A DNA stretch of 64,000 nt from Candidatus Poribacteria bacterium (GTDB taxonomy: Bacteria; Poribacteria; WGA-4E; WGA-3G), in the NCBI GenBank assembly GCA_965215265.1, contig OZ244048.1, positions 1,024,001-1,088,000 on the forward strand. Reading direction: 5' to 3'. Shown in pieces: positions 59,603-64,000 of the stretch. Position 1 is the stretch's first letter; each line of letters opens with the position of its first letter. The translations under genes and the position numbers were made by a program. The notes under the pieces were generated by a model. That model was not told the origin of the DNA. It searched no databases and was given only the letters and a program-made list of their open reading frames with translations.

Positions 59603-60511
59603 ATCTTTGAGTTTACGCGGATCTTTTCGCCAATCGGCTTTGACAGTGACATAAAGTTGCAAAAAAACATGGGTATCCAAAAATTTTTCAATATCGGACC
59701 GGGCGAGTTCCCCGACACGTTTAATCACCCTGCCGGCTTTTCCGATGATAATTTGCTTTTGCGTCTGTCGTTCGACATAGACAATAGCCCGGATATACAC
59801 AGTTGCATTCTCGCGCCTGGTGCATTGCTCAACAACAACAGCTGTCGCGTATGGAACTTCTCGCTGCGTGAGCAGCATAATTTTTTCTCGTACGGTCTCA
59901 GCGATGAAAAAACGTTCTGGTAAATCGCTGAGGTGTTCTTCTGGAAAATAGCGTGGCCCCGGCGGTAGTTGAATATGTACGTGCTCAAGGAGGCGAGGGA
60001 TACCGTCACCCGTACGCGCGGAAATGGGTATCATTTCCTTGAATGCAAATTTCTTGGCGTAACTTGCTATGATCGGGAGCAACGTCTCTTTTGAAATTAA
60101 ATCGACTTTGTTCATGGCCAAAATTGCAGGGTGCTTCGCGCTGCGTAGACGTGCTAACATCTGCTCTTCATCGGCAGCTTCTGGTCGGGCAACATCAATT
60201 ACGCAAAGGACTACATCGGCACCTGCTAAAGCACTATAAGCGGTTTTTACCATTTCACTTTGCAACCGGTAAGTTGGATGCATCAGCCCGGGGGTATCAA
60301 CAAAAATGATTTGGTAGGATTCTGTTGTAACAATTCCGCGTATCTGGTTCCGAGTTGTCTGCGGTTTTGGGGTGACAATCGCCAGTTTCTGCCCTAATAG
60401 CGCATTGAGGAGTGTTGATTTACCGACATTAGGTGCCCCGATGATGCTGACATAGCCGGATCTGAATTCTTTCGTATATTTAAGCACGTTACCACCTGAT
60501 GTTTTTAGCAT
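59579..60511 (-). CDS. era: GTPase Era
   Basis: GAPNVGKS, PQTTR, DTPG, NKVD, EVPY, IIGK.G KH domain. Confidence 0.97.
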   Translation of the reverse strand: MLKTSGGNVLKYTKEFRSGYVSIIGAPNVGKSTLLNALLGQKLAIVTPKPQTTRNQIRGIVTTESYQIIFVDTPGLMHPTYRLQSEMVKTAYSALAGADVVLCVIDVARPEAADEEQMLARLRSAKHPAILAMNKVDLISKETLLPIIASYAKKFAFKEMIPISARTGDGIPRLLEHVHIQLPPGPRYFPEEHLSDLPERFFIAETVREKIMLLTQREVPYATAVVVEQCTRRENATVYIRAIVYVERQTQKQIIIGKAGRVIKRVGELARSDIEKFLDTHVFLQLYVTVKADWRKDPRKLKDFSYTGAQ

Positions 60512-60550
60512 TGCATTAATCGCCGCTTTATGCTGCGCTATGCCTAAGAT

Positions 60551-60810
60551 ATCTCCGACGATCTATAGATTGGCAGGATAAGGTAATCTTTGTCTCTCCT
60601 TTCAGGAGAGACAAGAATACCGAACCTGCCAAGATTTACACATGAGCCCTCAAAAGCATAGACGTGGACGGTACGGAGATATATAAAAAATTGTTGGGCT
60701 CCTGTAAGTGATTGAAGAATCATAACCTAGAACGGCTCAGACGAGATTTACACACGAGCTATCATTACATAGACGTTGATGGTACGGAGATATACGAAAA
60801 GACGAAAAAA
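60551..60810 (+). repeat. Two reversed-orientation left arms, the first interrupted by a nested hairpin element
   Basis: ctccgacg[...]agatttacaca...ggtacggagatatataaaaaa and gacgagatttacacacgagc...ggtacggagatatacgaaaa. Confidence 0.85.
60571..60631. mobile_element. Putative miniature inverted-repeat element
   Basis: TGGCAGG/CCTGCCA ends, internal ttgtctctcc-tttca-ggagagacaa hairpin, AGAT on both flanks. Confidence 0.5.
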
Positions 60811-60812
60811 CA

Positions 60813-62765
60813 TTAGGGCCAAAATTGGTAAACCGTCGTATTTGCCAAAACGCTGCAAATGCTCCATAAACTTCCGAAGATGTAGTCTCCAAGCGCGAGG
60901 CCCAAAAATAAGGGGACTGCGCGTCTATAGGCTTTGAGCCCACCATGGTGTAAGACCAATGCTTTGGCTACCCAGGCGACAAAGAGGCAGCTCCAGAGAT
61001 TGTACATACCCCAACTGTTCGCCATGGCGTACCCGAGGGGATGCAGTGGCCACCATAAAAACCGGGTGCGTAGCAACATAAGTCCCATTGCAAATGCACT
61101 GCCTCCGCCGATAAATGTAAGGGCCGGAATATCGGTCCCTTGTGGATAATTCAGCCAATTTTCAAGTTGACGGTAGACACCTCTGCCAAAGCCGAGTGCC
61201 CACGGGCCGTAGTAACCTGTCTCGGCACCGTGGCGGTAGTAATTCTCTAACAACAGCCAGAAGACAACAAGCGCACCAATTCCGGTAGCGATGAGAATTG
61301 CTACGGCTATGTGCCCTGGATGTATCTGTCTCCGTTCTGCGATTTTGAATGCCTCTAATTCTTGCGGCATCGGGTGTGCACGGTAGGCACGGTTAAAGAA
61401 CATGTACAGCGAAAATACTCCCTTGGTACTCGTGTTGAACCGCTGCGTTCCAAATGCCGTCACCAATAAACTGTGCGGGTCTACGCGATGTAAATCGTGA
61501 ACTAAGAACCCTAGTTCGGCACGGAGCCGCGCAATCATGATTGCAAGCAGGAAGTAAATTCCGAAAAAGAGCGGCACCACCCACAGTGCCATGCCTGCTT
61601 TGTAAGAGAAAGCTGTCAAAAAGAGGCTCCCGCCCACGATGCCAAGGCACGCAAAATGATACGGCATCGGTTCACGTCTATCTCCGTTTTTTCTTCTAAA
61701 TCTGTCTCGGATACCCGCAATTACGTAGTTGAAATGTGCTCTGCCTATCCACGCCGCACTCCCCAGCAGGGCAAGGTACGCGCCGAAGCTCTGTGCATCT
61801 GCATAAGGAAAACCGGGCAGCTGCCGCACCCCCAAGACACTACCTGCCATGAGTTCAAACTTATATAACCAATAGAATACCCAACATGAAAAAAGCAGAT
61901 CTAGAGGTATCAGGAAACTAATCCCAATTGCAAATGGGTAAAATGAGAGGCGGACACCACCCATGGCGTTCCAAGGCCGTCCCGTAAAAAATTGATGTAT
62001 ATTTTGTCGTTTAACCGGCACATACGGCACCGCAGGATATATTGAATTGAGTAGATTCATCACGCTAATACCAGCTGCAATACCAAAACCTACCCACATC
62101 AATTTATTTTTGAAAAAACTCGCCCCCGTATCTGTCATCGCCAGCGGCAATTGGATAATTGGGTATGTCAGCCGCTCACGCTCTGTCCACTGGATTCTGA
62201 GTAAGGTGTTGATGCATAACATGACAAACATCAACACGAAGATGAAAACTGTCCACCAAACGATAGGTGTTGCCCATGCAATCAGATGGTCCCTGCGGTA
62301 AAAACTGGACTGCCCCTCATAATACCCAGATAAGACTCGGGTATCTTGGACGGTGAGCCATGTAGGTAATTCTTTCCAAAATAGTTGCTGCCATTCGTTC
62401 TCCGGTGTGGCAAACTGAAACGGATGCCCTAAGAGTGTGACGAGAATTTCCATCATATCGTGCGAACAGAGAGAAGAGACAATGCACAACATGACATAGA
62501 TAGTGAGTAACTCGGCACCGGATAGCCACAACTTTTTTGATAATTTGCCGAGTACCGCCCGTAGTACGAGCAACCAAAACAAGATAAAAATAACGTTAGA
62601 GAGCGGATGAATTAGCGTCGGATGTGTATATCGCACTACCTCCAACTGAATTATCCAGTAAACGTTAACAGGCATCAGGAGGAGTGCGATGAAAAGTGCC
62701 TTCGGTGTTAAGCCTGATTCATAAGTGCTCCTATTTTGGGTGGATCCATCCGCGTTCCTTTTCAA
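60813..62765 (-). CDS. Polytopic membrane protein (DUF6785/DUF6784-like, putative transporter)
   Basis: Many TM segments; W...ERL.YP..QLP, WWPLHPLGY motifs; start uncertain. Confidence 0.7.
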   Translation of the reverse strand: MKRNADGSTQNRSTYESGLTPKALFIALLLMPVNVYWIIQLEVVRYTHPTLIHPLSNVIFILFWLLVLRAVLGKLSKKLWLSGAELLTIYVMLCIVSSLCSHDMMEILVTLLGHPFQFATPENEWQQLFWKELPTWLTVQDTRVLSGYYEGQSSFYRRDHLIAWATPIVWWTVFIFVLMFVMLCINTLLRIQWTERERLTYPIIQLPLAMTDTGASFFKNKLMWVGFGIAAGISVMNLLNSIYPAVPYVPVKRQNIHQFFTGRPWNAMGGVRLSFYPFAIGISFLIPLDLLFSCWVFYWLYKFELMAGSVLGVRQLPGFPYADAQSFGAYLALLGSAAWIGRAHFNYVIAGIRDRFRRKNGDRREPMPYHFACLGIVGGSLFLTAFSYKAGMALWVVPLFFGIYFLLAIMIARLRAELGFLVHDLHRVDPHSLLVTAFGTQRFNTSTKGVFSLYMFFNRAYRAHPMPQELEAFKIAERRQIHPGHIAVAILIATGIGALVVFWLLLENYYRHGAETGYYGPWALGFGRGVYRQLENWLNYPQGTDIPALTFIGGGSAFAMGLMLLRTRFLWWPLHPLGYAMANSWGMYNLWSCLFVAWVAKALVLHHGGLKAYRRAVPLFLGLALGDYIFGSLWSICSVLANTTVYQFWP

Positions 62766-63999
62766 TCAAAACCTCCGTTTTGAAAGGTGCACACCGCTGT
62801 TGATAATCCCGTAATGTTTCGATCGCTGTTTCTCCATGAAGCAGACTGGGTTGGTACTTTTTCTGGGGTGTTTCTGTTAAAATTGGAATCAATTCAATGA
62901 ATCTCAGCTGCCGATTAGCATAAGTAGCTTTGGGTATAACGATTTGAGCGTACTGTTTAGAATACGTATCATATATAAAATCAGCGAGACTGTAGATAAT
63001 CGGTTTGCCCTGATAAAGTTCGATGCCACCGAAGTGATGAAGTTGTTGACAGACAACCATATCGGCACCTGTATCAATGAGGGCGTGCGCAAATAGCTGC
63101 TGACGGCGAATCGCCTGTTCTCTGGCCTGATTTCTAAAGTCGCTTTTCTCAACTAGAGCGTCAGCGTGTTGTGCTTGTTGGTGCCGTTGCCGTTCTGGCG
63201 GATTCACTTGACGCCCCGTCCCACCCCAGTGTAGCAACACGATGACAAGTTTCGCTTTGTCCCGTACGTCCGTGACGGCTTCCATCATTTCGCTATAAAC
63301 CGCATCCGCAAGTAGTTCTGCCTTGTGCTGCGAGAATTCGTTTTGTCGATAATAGGCGAGTACGGCAACTTTTTGTATACTGGAACCCATCAACGCCTGA
63401 TGTGTTTCGTCTATCTCGGTACCATCATCGCGTTTGTTTTGATGACTCGTGTGTCCAGCTCGTCGGAGGTTTCTGATGTTTTGATTCATACTCCGGCGCA
63501 CCGTTTCAATATTGGATGGCACGCGTGGGACCGGTATCCATGCGGGCATCCGTGCCTCTGTGGTAGTTGTACCGGCACCAACCGGCTTGACATTATACCT
63601 TTTAAGTTCTGTGAGTGTATCTGCTAACGCTTCAAAACCGAAGTCCATACTGTGCGGGGTAGCTAAGGAGACGGCATCAAAACCTGCGTTTGCGAGTGCC
63701 CTTGCGAGTCCCAATGATGCGCGGAAGGTGTGTTCATGTCCGTACCGTGGCTCTCCTCGTTCTGAAATGCTTGTGTTGAGAAAGGCAACGGCGATATCTG
63801 CAGACTGAATCGACTCAGCGGTGCCTTTAAAAAAGATACCTGCTCCATTTATTTCTATCAGTGGTGTGAGACGGTTCCCGACAGTAATATCGCCAACAGC
63901 GAGGACGGTGAGTGTCTCAGCACCGGTGGTGCTTTGAGGCTGAAGTGCAACGTACGGCTGCTTTGGTTTCGCGTTCAAACCATCTAAGGAACCAGAGAT
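62731..63999 (-). CDS. CapA/PGA_cap metallophosphatase-like protein (5' end outside the window)
   Basis: LAVGDI, GFDAVSLA..H..DFG, VLLHWG, IIYSL; frame open to the window edge. Confidence 0.82.
   Translation of the reverse strand: MSGSLDGLNAKPKQPYVALQPQSTTGAETLTVLAVGDITVGNRLTPLIEINGAGIFFKGTAESIQSADIAVAFLNTSISERGEPRYGHEHTFRASLGLARALANAGFDAVSLATPHSMDFGFEALADTLTELKRYNVKPVGAGTTTTEARMPAWIPVPRVPSNIETVRRSMNQNIRNLRRAGHTSHQNKRDDGTEIDETHQALMGSSIQKVAVLAYYRQNEFSQHKAELLADAVYSEMMEAVTDVRDKAKLVIVLLHWGGTGRQVNPPERQRHQQAQHADALVEKSDFRNQAREQAIRRQQLFAHALIDTGADMVVCQQLHHFGGIELYQGKPIIYSLADFIYDTYSKQYAQIVIPKATYANRQLRFIELIPILTETPQKKYQPSLLHGETAIETLRDYQQRCAPFKTEVLIEKERGWIHPK
63404..63489 (-). repeat. Element left arm, in frame in the capA-like gene
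   Basis: Encodes MNQNIRNLRRAGHTSHQNKRDDGTEIDE. Confidence 0.88.
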
Positions 64000-64000
64000 A

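Overview
Bacterial chromosomal window of mostly housekeeping and accessory genes: hsdS, sulfatase, uxuA, moeB, a histidine kinase plus PorX-like regulator, RNase G/E, rplU-rpmA, guaA, ECF sigma/anti-sigma/TPR, dprA, an ankyrin/WD40/MORN cluster, an NCS2 permease, a double-length uvrA, era and a CapA-family gene. Gene content and a recurring C-terminal 'V.P..KL..tW..LK' motif suggest Candidatus Poribacteria (inference). No rRNA, tRNA, CRISPR array or intact transposase was recognised. The most striking signal is a dispersed ~160-170 bp palindromic repeat (arms TTTTCGTMTA...AAATCTCGTCGGAG and CTCCGACGAGATTT...TAGACGAAAA around a variable spacer often containing TTTTGATTCA). It occurs in about a dozen loci, lies in frame at six sites in uvrA and one in the capA-like gene (shared peptide HTSHQN..DDGTEI.E), supplies the start codon of uvrA and the stop codon of era, and hosts a second nested hairpin element. 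This resembles Rickettsia palindromic elements. A second highlight is a 48.3-53.2 kb accessory patch containing a decayed LRR gene and an Rpn/PD-(D/E)XK-like gene. That gene has a strong internal RBS+ATG ahead of a 12-aa tandem repeat tail (candidate intragenic antitoxin) and is bracketed by ~165-bp direct repeats. All calls are by eye from the sequence and the ORF track; no database searches were run.
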